Shown here piece by piece: positions 29,047-38,483 of a stretch of 64,000 nt of DNA. The translations under genes and the position numbers were made by a program. The notes below the pieces were generated by a model. It was not told the origin of the DNA. It was given only the letters and a program-made list of their open reading frames with translations, and searched no databases. The stretch lies in the IMG/VR virus record IMGVR_UViG_3300027976_000007, positions 78,111-142,110 of that record. One strand, 5' to 3'. Within the stretch, counting starts at the first letter, position 1, and every line of letters begins with the position of its first letter. The DNA comes from a virus.

Positions 29047-29625
29047 TTATTTTATTATTCCTGCTATTACTTGCATTCTTCTTTTGAAGTCAGATTCTTG
29101 CAGTCTTTCGGATTCGGTGATTTCTCTATTTCTTCTCCTTTCCCTCTCTTTAGCAAAGTCTTCATTTGGATATTCTGTATTTATAAAGGGGGTTGATTTA
29201 TTTAATTCATTATCATAAGGGGTATCATCTATATTCAAATTGTCTCTAGGAGATCCTACTTCTTTTACAACATGCTGTCTGGTGAAAAAGGTTAATGAGT
29301 TACCTATTTGTTTAGTTAACTTGTCATCTCCTAATTGCCTAGCTCCTTCTAAAGCGGCTTCTAGATTGTTTTGTATATCACCTGATATTCCAGAAAGTTC
29401 TGTTTCCGCATCTTGGTATATGTGCATTTTGTCACCCCCTCCTTCTAAATCGTAAAAATTCTCTAAATCTTCGATTTCTTCATCATCCTTGATTTCTTCA
29501 TCTTCAACTTCTTCTTCCTCTTCCTCTTTATCCTTTTTCTTAGTTTCCATAAGTTTAGAATAAAAAGCTTCCTTAAGGTATGGGGGTTTAACTGGTAATT
29601 TTTTTACTGTTTTTTTCATTTTCAA
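29047..29625 (-). CDS. Acidic hypothetical protein with a scaffold-like C-terminus
   Basis: Ends RRMQVIAGIIK. Late motif at 29635-29644. True start is probably ATG 29619. Confidence 0.7.
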   Translation of the reverse strand: MKMKKTVKKLPVKPPYLKEAFYSKLMETKKKDKEEEEEEVEDEEIKDDEEIEDLENFYDLEGGGDKMHIYQDAETELSGISGDIQNNLEAALEGARQLGDDKLTKQIGNSLTFFTRQHVVKEVGSPRDNLNIDDTPYDNELNKSTPFINTEYPNEDFAKERERRRNREITESERLQESDFKRRMQVIAGIIK

Positions 29626-29656
29626 TTTCGTTTATTATAAATATTAAATCCTACGT

Positions 29657-29956
29657 TTAAGATACATCCATCTCATCTTCATCGGCTTCAAACCCTTTAG
29701 ATCTTAAAGAATTTATAATTTCTTCAGAGTTGTATTTGTCCCCTACTCCCCCTTCAACCTCAATCCCTATCCTTTTTAGGAAAGCATTCGTTTCGTCTTT
29801 GTTTAAAGTTTTTCTTTCTCCGTTTTTTAGGTAAAAGTATGCTTTATAAAAACGTGACCCTGGATAAGTATAAGATATCAAGATTCTTTTGATTTTTATA
29901 GCATCCCTTAGAGATAATTCTTCCTTTATTAATTTTTTTAGTTCAAATTTTTTCAT
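29657..29956 (-). CDS. Small probable internal protein
   Basis: N-terminus MKKFELKKLIKEE. Confidence 0.65.
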   Translation of the reverse strand: MKKFELKKLIKEELSLRDAIKIKRILISYTYPGSRFYKAYFYLKNGERKTLNKDETNAFLKRIGIEVEGGVGDKYNSEEIINSLRSKGFEADEDEMDVS

Positions 29957-30513
29957 TTTTTTAATTTTTCTAAGTTTTCTATAGTTTTGTTAAGACTATC
30001 TAATATTTTTTCTTTATCTACCCCACCAATCCAATTTTCTAAATCTCCATTTTCGGAGATGAAGGAATTGGAAGTTTCATTTATTTGTTCTAAAACCCAA
30101 TTTTTATATCCTTTAATAAAACCTTCTAAATCAGCATTATGGATATTTTTTTCATATTGAACATATAGACCTGCCTTTTTTAAGTCATGTTCAAAATCAA
30201 TAACACAGTCAAAACACATTTTATGTACTTTATAATAATCAGGGTCGAACCTCTTTTTCATCAGGTTAGTACAGTTAGGGCAAAATAAAGGTGGAATATT
30301 TAAGGCCCTTGCCTTATCTAATTTAGTTATGTTTTGTTTTATTCCTTCTTTTATAGTCCATTTCCTTCCATCTTCTTCCCAAATGTCTCCTTCAGAATAG
30401 AATTCTTTTGGTTTACTGTATCCTGAACTTGATCCTGTTTTCTCTTCAGATTTACCTTGGATGAGATTTCTCATCCTTTGAACTTCCTTTTTATTAAATT
30501 CTTTTTTTAACAT
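29953..30513 (-). CDS. Zinc-finger hypothetical protein
   Basis: CPNC...CFDC and EGDIWEEDGRKW. Confidence 0.7.
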   Translation of the reverse strand: MLKKEFNKKEVQRMRNLIQGKSEEKTGSSSGYSKPKEFYSEGDIWEEDGRKWTIKEGIKQNITKLDKARALNIPPLFCPNCTNLMKKRFDPDYYKVHKMCFDCVIDFEHDLKKAGLYVQYEKNIHNADLEGFIKGYKNWVLEQINETSNSFISENGDLENWIGGVDKEKILDSLNKTIENLEKLKK

Positions 30514-32729
30514 TATAATCCTAATTCTTTTAATTCCTTAATAGTTTGGGTCGTTGATTTAAATAATATACCAATACCCCCGGCCTTATTCCAATTTATT
30601 ATGGTTTCCTCCCTATCATCGATTAATATATCATTGGAGGTTAATTTAGGTTTTATTAAATGTTTTTCCTTAGCAGGTTTCATATTCATTTTAGGTTTTG
30701 AAGGGAAAAGACCTTTGTTAACCCATATATCTAACCAAGCTTTTTTACCTTCTACTGATTGTTCTTTGATAGAAGGAGCAGTAAGAAGTTCATAATTATA
30801 TTTAGATACAAACTTAATTAATTTTTTAGCTTCAGGCAGGGGAGGAATTCCTTTCCAGAACACCATTTTATTAGGACCTTCATCTATAAAATCCCAAAAA
30901 GCTTTAACCCCAAATTCATCTCTATAATCCCCAGGACTTATACCTTGAGATAATTCAGTAAATCTTCCATCAAAATCTGCTATTACCCCATCCATATCAA
31001 CATATATCATAGGGTTATCCAATTTAAAAGATTCAAATAAAGGCAAAGATAAAGATTTAGATCTAGTTCTCCATTTGGAAAGTATTTTATCCTTTTGCAA
31101 AGAAGTGAGTTCTTGGTCTTCTAGATAAGCATCAATAACATCCTTCATTGGTTTTTTTGATTTTTTAGCTTGAGTATACATCCCATATAACATAGCATCT
31201 ATCTCTGTAGGTAAAGTGAAATATTTCCAATATGGATTTTTTCCTGTTTCTATTTTATCTCTAAGATCATTGTCTTTGTCTAAGTCAAAATCTTTGGATG
31301 GGGTTTTATTAAGACCATCCTGAGTAAGATGTTCTATTTCATGTCTAAGTATGTCAGAGACTGCATAGGATACTTTTTCCCATATTTGGGGGAAATCTTC
31401 TTTGGGGACTTTAAAAATAAGTTGGATTTTGGCAGGTTTTGAAGCAAATGATCCACCTTCATCATAAAATTCATATGATTTAGTATTTAGGGATGCTTCT
31501 AGATTGAATTTTAACCCTGATTCTTCAACTTTAAATTTTAGTTTAGAAAGTTGATTACCTTCTTCAACATCATACTTCCAACCTTTAATTACCTGGTTAG
31601 TAAGTTTGGTTACTAGACTATCATATTTACCTTCCTTTAAGTTTATTACTTCGTGGAAAAAAGATATTGCTTTTTCATTCAAACCAAATATGTCTTTTGA
31701 TTCCTTTACATCCCAATTCTTATTAACGGTTTCTAAATCTCCTTTTTCCGTTTGAGATAACAGTTCATCATAGGAAATAGATTCATTTAAACTATCAGTC
31801 CAATTTCTAAAATTCATATTTCCATTTAAATATGCTTCTTTTTCTAATTCCACTAAACCCTCATCTTCGTTAGTGTTGGTTGTTTGTATATTACCTAATC
31901 GGTTTTCTAAATCTTGCAAATAATGAATAATCTCATGGGAATAAGATCTAATTAAATCTTTAGGATGTCTTCCTTCAGTATATAAAACTATAGTTTGATT
32001 TGTAGGATCATAATAAGCAGTTTTTCCAAAGAAATCTTTTGCGTTTTTTACATCTCCATGTTTGAATATAACTTTAGGGAGGGTTTTGATTTCTGGATGT
32101 TTATTTAAGAACCATTTAGTGAGGGATTTTATTTGGGATTTATAGTCTATCTCTTTAGAGTAAGTAGCATCCTCGTTTAGTTCCTCTAGGGTTTTGTTAT
32201 CTAGAATATTAAATATTTCTTCCTTTTCATTCTCAGATAATTCGCTAGGTAAATATTTTGAAAATTCTTCAATACCTTGTTTTAATGCCTTTCTAGCATT
32301 TGATCCGCTCATACTTCCATCTGGGGTTGATATTATCTTGAGAACCATATTAGGGTATTTTGAATCTATATTTTTGGTTCTCTGTTTAATATCCAATTCG
32401 TCATCTTCCCTACCCTCTCTACTCCCTATAACAAAATATATTAGGCCTTGGGGGTTGTTTTTTGCTAGTCTTAATATTTCCCCTATAGGGGCATGGGCGG
32501 GGATAAGTTTTACTTTAGAAGGGAGATATTTTAAATATATTTCCCATATTTTTATAGATAATTCTTGAGATATACCACCCCTTTCTCCACCCCCAACATA
32601 AATTATAAACTCACCAACGTTTGGGAGTGCTTCTAATGCTTTTTTAACTACAGAAAGATGGCCTGCGGTTGGAGGTTTGAAGGACCCTCCAAAAACTGCT
32701 GTAGGGTTCTTTTGAGTTGGTGAAGTCAT
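30513..32729 (-). CDS. Four-domain protein: HxGH-class nucleotidyltransferase, two HExxH metallopeptidase-like domains and a HAD 5'-nucleotidase (NT5C-like)
   Basis: FGGSFKPPTAGH...MSGSNAR; SHEIIHYLQ..EKEAY; RHEIEHLTQ..EIDA; YVDMDGVIADF...LTAP...GK..W...LIDD. Confidence 0.85.
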   Translation of the reverse strand: MTSPTQKNPTAVFGGSFKPPTAGHLSVVKKALEALPNVGEFIIYVGGGERGGISQELSIKIWEIYLKYLPSKVKLIPAHAPIGEILRLAKNNPQGLIYFVIGSREGREDDELDIKQRTKNIDSKYPNMVLKIISTPDGSMSGSNARKALKQGIEEFSKYLPSELSENEKEEIFNILDNKTLEELNEDATYSKEIDYKSQIKSLTKWFLNKHPEIKTLPKVIFKHGDVKNAKDFFGKTAYYDPTNQTIVLYTEGRHPKDLIRSYSHEIIHYLQDLENRLGNIQTTNTNEDEGLVELEKEAYLNGNMNFRNWTDSLNESISYDELLSQTEKGDLETVNKNWDVKESKDIFGLNEKAISFFHEVINLKEGKYDSLVTKLTNQVIKGWKYDVEEGNQLSKLKFKVEESGLKFNLEASLNTKSYEFYDEGGSFASKPAKIQLIFKVPKEDFPQIWEKVSYAVSDILRHEIEHLTQDGLNKTPSKDFDLDKDNDLRDKIETGKNPYWKYFTLPTEIDAMLYGMYTQAKKSKKPMKDVIDAYLEDQELTSLQKDKILSKWRTRSKSLSLPLFESFKLDNPMIYVDMDGVIADFDGRFTELSQGISPGDYRDEFGVKAFWDFIDEGPNKMVFWKGIPPLPEAKKLIKFVSKYNYELLTAPSIKEQSVEGKKAWLDIWVNKGLFPSKPKMNMKPAKEKHLIKPKLTSNDILIDDREETIINWNKAGGIGILFKSTTQTIKELKELGL

Positions 32730-33523
32730 TTTAAAAATTGGTTTATTTTAGATTGGGCTTCTTCTTTTGATACGGAAGAAGCAATTATATTTTGAGTTTT
32801 GTCTGATTGAAGAAATGATTGGAGATCTTTATTCAGTTTTTCTTTATTCTTTTCGTCTCTTAACTTTTCTTTATCTGTTTTATCCCTCCCATCTCGGGGA
32901 ATGAAGGGGTATATATAATTTTTTAAAATATCTTCTACAGACTTCATAGTTTCTTTTTTTCCTAAATTGGAAACAGACACAAAATTGGAGAATGATTTTT
33001 TATATATAGGAAAGTTTTCTGAAACTTTTAACCATGTTTGGAGGATTGAGGAGGGAACTAAACTCCTATCTTTTCCTTTACTTTTTTCAAATCGATTTTG
33101 GTTTCTCTTTAGGGATGTTTCTAGGTCTGTATAGACATATAACATCATAACATCATATCCGGATTCTTGAAGTTTATTTTTTAATTCTAATGTTGGTTCT
33201 GATGATGAAGAGGTTCCGTCTAATATGAAAGACTCCTTGTTTGCTATTATTTTAGGCAATTGTTCTTGTTTGAGTTTTTTTGAAGCATTTTGCATGGCTT
33301 TCATAAATTTACTCCTATCTTTAGCACTGGTATCTTTTTGATTGAGTGAAAAATTTTCTATTTTGGATAAAGCTAAAATATTATCATCAACATTTAGTAT
33401 AGTTAATCCTTTTAAATCCAAATCTTGTAAAATAGAACCTTTTCCTGAACCTGGAGCCCCCGCAAGAATGAGGGCTTTAGGATTGGAAAGGGATTCTTTT
33501 AAAAGCTGAATTAACGATATCAT
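32726..33523 (-). CDS. Zeta-toxin / AAA_33-like P-loop kinase
   Basis: LAGAPGSGKG, NVDD, FILDGT, GYDVMMLYVYT....SLKRNQNR. N-terminal MISLIQLLKES. Confidence 0.8.
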   Translation of the reverse strand: MISLIQLLKESLSNPKALILAGAPGSGKGSILQDLDLKGLTILNVDDNILALSKIENFSLNQKDTSAKDRSKFMKAMQNASKKLKQEQLPKIIANKESFILDGTSSSSEPTLELKNKLQESGYDVMMLYVYTDLETSLKRNQNRFEKSKGKDRSLVPSSILQTWLKVSENFPIYKKSFSNFVSVSNLGKKETMKSVEDILKNYIYPFIPRDGRDKTDKEKLRDEKNKEKLNKDLQSFLQSDKTQNIIASSVSKEEAQSKINQFLK

Positions 33524-33575
33524 TGTTTATGGTTTTTGTTATAAATATATTAAACAAATTGAGGATATATTAAAT

Positions 33576-34346
33576 TCAAGTAATCCTTTTAGCTGAAGTT
33601 TTGGAGCTGTTAGTAATAGGTTTTGGGTTTGGGTTTTCAAGGTCAAATAATTTCTTTACAGTTAAATAAATATCAAAATTTTCTTCTTGTGATCTAGAAG
33701 ATTCATACATTTCCCAACCTTTTCCTTGCATTTTACCTACCGAAGCCTTTCTTTTGTTAGAGTTTAACCATAACACTCCTGATCTTTTGGGTTTTATACC
33801 ATAACATTCCTCATAACATTGGCTGTAGGCTGAAGTTTGTAGATCATATGTTATTTGAAGGTGGTTTGAGGTTTTATAATCTATAATCCATAATTCATGA
33901 TCTATTTCACATACCATATCGCAAGTTCCTGCTATTTTATATTTATCTGAAAATAAATGTACTTCTGTTTCTATTAAAGTAGGTTTATATAATTCCCACC
34001 ATTCAACAAACCTTATAAACATATTCCAGGAATCTATAGGATATTTTAACTCATCATTTTTTAATAAGGTTAATTCTTCCCCATCCAAATATTTTTCTAT
34101 CATCTCATGAACCTGGGTTCCTCTTTTTCCTGCTTCCTTTACTATATGATTAGCTGAATATCCTACTTTTTTTAACCAATCTTCAAAATATATTCCCTTT
34201 GGATAGTATGATAATATATGAGTAATACTAGGATAATATAAACCATTTCGTCTATAAAACCTTGAATCAGGCATGGTTATTTGTTTAGAATCTGGGGAGA
34301 TTTCTAATACCCTATTATAGGATTTTTTTATTAATTTACTTTTCAT
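33576..34346 (-). CDS. PD-(D/E)XK exonuclease (Cas4/RecB-like)
   Basis: YPSITHIL, RGTQVH, E..L.S....AGTCD, IIDYKTS, LQ..AY. Confidence 0.88.
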   Translation of the reverse strand: MKSKLIKKSYNRVLEISPDSKQITMPDSRFYRRNGLYYPSITHILSYYPKGIYFEDWLKKVGYSANHIVKEAGKRGTQVHEMIEKYLDGEELTLLKNDELKYPIDSWNMFIRFVEWWELYKPTLIETEVHLFSDKYKIAGTCDMVCEIDHELWIIDYKTSNHLQITYDLQTSAYSQCYEECYGIKPKRSGVLWLNSNKRKASVGKMQGKGWEMYESSRSQEENFDIYLTVKKLFDLENPNPKPITNSSKTSAKRIT

Positions 34347-35293
34347 AGTATTTGTATCTGTCTTTTTAATAACCCTGACATAGATAATGGGGGAGTTTTT
34401 TGTATTATATGGGTAAAATGACGAAAACCTAACTTAGATGGGTCTTTTTCATTTATGTCTACTATATATACTTCTTTACCCATTTTCATAAAATATTCAG
34501 CATGTACTAGACAATGTTTTAAAGCATCTTTATCTAGAGCCAAATATATTTGTTTTACATCAGAAGTAATTATTTTTTTTATTAAGGAATCTTGGATTTT
34601 ATTACTTAACAAAGGGATAGCATTTCTCTTAATAGCCATAGCATCAAAAAATCCTTCACATAATATTATAGGTAAATCCCAATTTATAAACAAATCGAAA
34701 GCTATAATATCTCTGGAAATCTTAGGGTTAAGATAAGGGAGAAATTTATTATTCATAAAGGATCTACCAGTAAAATAATTAAGTTCTCCTAGGGAGTTAT
34801 ATGAAGGGATAATTATTCTATTAGCATATTCCCCATATTCACAATATCCTATATTATGTTTATCAATATCCTCCTGAGTTATATTTCTTTCTTTTAGATA
34901 ATTGAAAGCATGCCTCATTATTAAATCCCTAGGGGTTTTGAAATTTTTAAATTCTTTAGGGAGAGATAAAGAATATTCTACCATATCCGGTAGAGAGGAA
35001 TATAGGTTTGGTGATGATTTGGATGTTAGGTTTTTAAGCTCTAGCCTTAATTTCTTTTCTACTTTTAAGGATTTGAATAGATTTTCAATTTTAGTCCCTT
35101 TAAACCCATGTTTTAGAGAACCACATACCCAACAACTATATTGTCCTGTAGTAATATTTACTTCTAATTTATTCTTTATAGGATGGCAAAAGTTAGGACA
35201 TTTAAATGAATAATTCCCTCCATTTTTCTTATATCCTGGACCTAATACTCTAGTTAATAAATTTAAAACAAGTTCTTCATTCATATAAGACAT
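34343..35293 (-). CDS. DNA primase (zinc-binding plus TOPRIM)
   Basis: CPNFCH...CWVC, RIIIP, FTGR, CEGFFDA, LDKDA, KDP. Confidence 0.92.
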   Translation of the reverse strand: MSYMNEELVLNLLTRVLGPGYKKNGGNYSFKCPNFCHPIKNKLEVNITTGQYSCWVCGSLKHGFKGTKIENLFKSLKVEKKLRLELKNLTSKSSPNLYSSLPDMVEYSLSLPKEFKNFKTPRDLIMRHAFNYLKERNITQEDIDKHNIGYCEYGEYANRIIIPSYNSLGELNYFTGRSFMNNKFLPYLNPKISRDIIAFDLFINWDLPIILCEGFFDAMAIKRNAIPLLSNKIQDSLIKKIITSDVKQIYLALDKDALKHCLVHAEYFMKMGKEVYIVDINEKDPSKLGFRHFTHIIQKTPPLSMSGLLKRQIQIL

Positions 35294-35301
35294 TTAATAT
35301 T

Positions 35302-35333
35302 AAAATATAACATCAAAATTTAGGGAAAACAAA
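35302..35333 (-). promoter_or_regulatory. Bacteroidota-type promoter for primase/exonuclease
   Basis: TTTG-N20-TATATTTT with a GATGT extension. Confidence 0.7.
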
Positions 35334-35774
35334 TTATAGAATAATATCCCTGTAAAAGAATCTTCCTTGGATAGAATCATTATAATATTGTTCAGGATAT
35401 TCTATAACTGAATTCGAAAATAAGGCTTTGTTTTCAAAATATGTTAATTGTTTTTTAGTATAATGGACTGAAATGATGGTCTTTATTATATCATCCCCCT
35501 TTTCTATGTCTTTGAGAAGACCTTTATGAGAACCACAATAAGTTTTCCAATCAGATTCTTTTCTGTTTTGTTTGAATTTTATAGGGCGGCCTTTAGAACC
35601 TTGAAGTTCTTTAAGTTCTTTTTTCCCTAATTTCATTTTTCGGTTAAAAAATAGCACTTTCTTTCCTATATAAATCTTACCATTAGATAGGTTTTTTATT
35701 TTATAAATAAACCCATAAACCTCTTCAGGGAAGTCCTCTATTGATTTAAAATTAACACCTTCAAATACCCACAT
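35334..35774 (-). CDS. GIY-YIG endonuclease, T4 EndoII (DenA)-like
   Basis: YGFIYKI.N...KIYIGKK...ESDWKTYCGS...YYND.I. Confidence 0.85.
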   Translation of the reverse strand: MWVFEGVNFKSIEDFPEEVYGFIYKIKNLSNGKIYIGKKVLFFNRKMKLGKKELKELQGSKGRPIKFKQNRKESDWKTYCGSHKGLLKDIEKGDDIIKTIISVHYTKKQLTYFENKALFSNSVIEYPEQYYNDSIQGRFFYRDIIL

Positions 35775-36700
35775 TATATGTCAAAGTTTATTATTATATT
35801 GGTATCTATGTCTTGAGATTTTGGTAAAGGTTGAGATAATTTACCTACGGCTATAAGTTCAGAATTTCTATTATATAGCCCTATAGTAGTTATATAAGGT
35901 GAAAATGAAGAACCTGTAACAAAACCATAATACTCATTAGTATCATTAACTAGTAAAGAAGGATTCTGTGAGTAATTAAACTCATTAGCTCTTATTGAAC
36001 ATTGGTATTGGTTCTCATATAACGTAATTGTTGATGAAAAAGACATAGTAATAGCCTCTAAATACGAAGATGTATTATATACTCTATCTCCTATCTCTCT
36101 ACTGTTTATATTTCCTATAGGGAGAATTACTAAACCATGGGAATAAAAAATATTACCTGATTTAAGGTTGGAGCTTAAAGAATTTAAAACATTTCCCTCA
36201 CCATCATCATACAGAGAACTAGAAGCTAAATTATTATCTATCAAAGCAAAGCTGGAAGGGACAATATTTTCTCCAAATAATCTTTGAGGAATAGAAACCA
36301 CTGTTTGGTTATAGGTAGAAGATGATGAAAGAGTTCTAGATTGGGTTATATCTGTTTGTAAGTAATTATCATATCTGGGAGCATTTACTTCACCATAATA
36401 TTTGTCATCTTTAACAAAATATCCAGGTATTAATGAAGGTAAAGGAACTTCATCCCCTCTACTAGAAGACCTATAATTGGAATAATATAATTGCTTTACT
36501 CCATTCCATAATGAATATTTATCATATTCTAAAGATAAACCTGAAGAACTAACCCCATAAGATCCCGGGTTTTCTATAGCGAAAATATTAATCCCCACAT
36601 CACTCCCTGTAATCTCATTTCCGTAAAAAATGAATTCTTTATTTACTTCAAAGGGAGTTATAGTTACATCATTAGTATTGAATTGTTTATAAGCACTCAT
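35774..36700 (-). CDS. Baseplate/tail structural protein
   Basis: C-terminal EFNYSQNPS...PYITTIGLYN..ELIAVGKLSQP shared with its neighbour. Confidence 0.7.
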   Translation of the reverse strand: MSAYKQFNTNDVTITPFEVNKEFIFYGNEITGSDVGINIFAIENPGSYGVSSSGLSLEYDKYSLWNGVKQLYYSNYRSSSRGDEVPLPSLIPGYFVKDDKYYGEVNAPRYDNYLQTDITQSRTLSSSSTYNQTVVSIPQRLFGENIVPSSFALIDNNLASSSLYDDGEGNVLNSLSSNLKSGNIFYSHGLVILPIGNINSREIGDRVYNTSSYLEAITMSFSSTITLYENQYQCSIRANEFNYSQNPSLLVNDTNEYYGFVTGSSFSPYITTIGLYNRNSELIAVGKLSQPLPKSQDIDTNIIINFDI

Positions 36701-36716
36701 CTAATGTTGTTGTAGG

Positions 36717-37730
36717 TTAAAATGTTAATTTCGCTCTAATCAATAGCTCTCTAGTAAAGTCTTTTAATAAAGGTCTTGAAAGTTTAGCTACGGCTAGAAG
36801 TTCTTGATTTGAATTATATAATCCTATGGTAGTTATATAAGTTTGAGGGTTGTCTATAAAAGAGTTATATAATATAGTTCCAGTTGAACCCGATATGAAT
36901 GAAGGGTTTGTAGAGTAATTATATTCATTATTTCTACCTCTCACAAATATATAATCTGAAGATAATGTTTCTTTACTGTTAAGAGTAAATTCACCAGAGG
37001 CATTTAAGGCTTCATATAAAAGTTGAGGGTTATTATTGTTAGTATTTGAATTTCTCAAAGTACTTAAACCAACACCTCCGGCGGCAATAGAACCATTTAA
37101 AGCTTCTCCACTTAATATAATTAAGCCTACATCTGGTAATAACCAACCGTAAGAACCTGAATTTATAGTCCAACCATTATTATTAACTCCAGTATAAATT
37201 GTTCCTGATGATCCCGATACTATATTATATCTTCTTCCCGCGTCTGTAAATACAGCACTTCCATTGAGAGAGCTATCATCTGTAAGAGATATTTCATTTG
37301 CGGAACCAGAGAGTTTTAATGTCATGGTTCCGGGTAATATTGATTCTTTGTATCCTGCTCTCTCTATGGGTAAAGCATAAAAATATCCAGATGTTTGGTT
37401 TCCAAATACAAAGCTAGAATTTTCATCCCCTAAGACTAAGGTTCTATATTGACCATAATTGGTTTTTGAAGGGGAAGCCCCATTAACTGCGGCGTTATAA
37501 AGACTACTTCCACTACCCTGAGAATCACAATAAGCTATACTAAATTGGCTTAATCCTTCTGTTCCTACTGTAGCATAAATGTTATAGTAGAATCTTCCGG
37601 TATTACTAGCCTCCTGAGTGGAGGATGTAAAGAATGAAGTTAATGTTGGGGAGTTTCCCTCCCATACTGTTGTAGTTATAGGTTCAGAGGCTATTAATAA
37701 ATCTCTAGGGTCAAATTGGGTAAATGCCAT
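36717..37730 (-). CDS. Baseplate/tail structural protein (paralog of 35774..36700)
   Basis: EYNYSTNPS...YITTIGLYN..ELLAVAKLSRP. Confidence 0.7.
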   Translation of the reverse strand: MAFTQFDPRDLLIASEPITTTVWEGNSPTLTSFFTSSTQEASNTGRFYYNIYATVGTEGLSQFSIAYCDSQGSGSSLYNAAVNGASPSKTNYGQYRTLVLGDENSSFVFGNQTSGYFYALPIERAGYKESILPGTMTLKLSGSANEISLTDDSSLNGSAVFTDAGRRYNIVSGSSGTIYTGVNNNGWTINSGSYGWLLPDVGLIILSGEALNGSIAAGGVGLSTLRNSNTNNNNPQLLYEALNASGEFTLNSKETLSSDYIFVRGRNNEYNYSTNPSFISGSTGTILYNSFIDNPQTYITTIGLYNSNQELLAVAKLSRPLLKDFTRELLIRAKLTF

Positions 37731-37748
37731 ATTGTTATTTGTTTTTTA

Positions 37749-38432
37749 TTATGAAACTGTTTGGGTTGTGATTTTAGATATAGTAATTGGGATTTGAAGT
37801 CTAGCCCCACTATCTCTACCTATTACAGTTAAAGTACTATATAAAGAAGTGTCACTCCCAAATAAACTATTAACCCCAGTAGCTATAAGAGTTAAAGAAG
37901 TTCCTATAACAGCTCTAGAAATATTAGTTCCTATGGTTGATGAAGATTGGATTTGAGAATTATCCGTGGCTTTTCTTCCTATATTAACTCCTGTTCCTGT
38001 GATAGTGCTAAATAATCTAGCGTCTCCTACTATAAATTGATATCCTGAAGATTCATGAGTTGAATTATTTCCTAAATATGAAAGTGTTTGAGGTGTAATA
38101 GTTTTTTCTGAAGTTTGGAGCATAGTAATATTACCCTGACCAATAGATAAAGTAGGCATTTTTGAAGTCCCTCTAGGTAAAGTAGTAAGTTTATACTTCA
38201 TTATCTGATTCTCATCGGGGAATGCTTCCAATAAAGGCATATTTTCTATGGCTTCTCCATAATATGCTGATCCTGAGGGATGTGTAGGGTTGAATAGAGT
38301 ATAGTCTATTTCATCATCTGATAATGCGAATTGAGTAATTTTAAAAGTTCCATCACCTCTAGCCAGAAGTTCTCTTCCTTTTTTTGTTAATATCGCGTCT
38401 ACAGTTATGAGTTGATTGTTAAGATAGCCCAT
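37749..38432 (-). CDS. Baseplate / tail-fibre attachment protein
   Basis: AILTKKGRELLA....KITQFALSD resembles fibre/collar N-terminal domains. Late motif upstream. Confidence 0.65.
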   Translation of the reverse strand: MGYLNNQLITVDAILTKKGRELLARGDGTFKITQFALSDDEIDYTLFNPTHPSGSAYYGEAIENMPLLEAFPDENQIMKYKLTTLPRGTSKMPTLSIGQGNITMLQTSEKTITPQTLSYLGNNSTHESSGYQFIVGDARLFSTITGTGVNIGRKATDNSQIQSSSTIGTNISRAVIGTSLTLIATGVNSLFGSDTSLYSTLTVIGRDSGARLQIPITISKITTQTVS

Positions 38433-38483
38433 GAATTTTTTATTTAATTGTTAATTTATTATAAATATGCGTTTTTGTTTTTT

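Noticed and set aside
32726-33523. Epsilon/zeta toxin-antitoxin module
   Set aside because: No antitoxin-like partner is adjacent. The kinase heads a late operon and carries the cargo-type tag.
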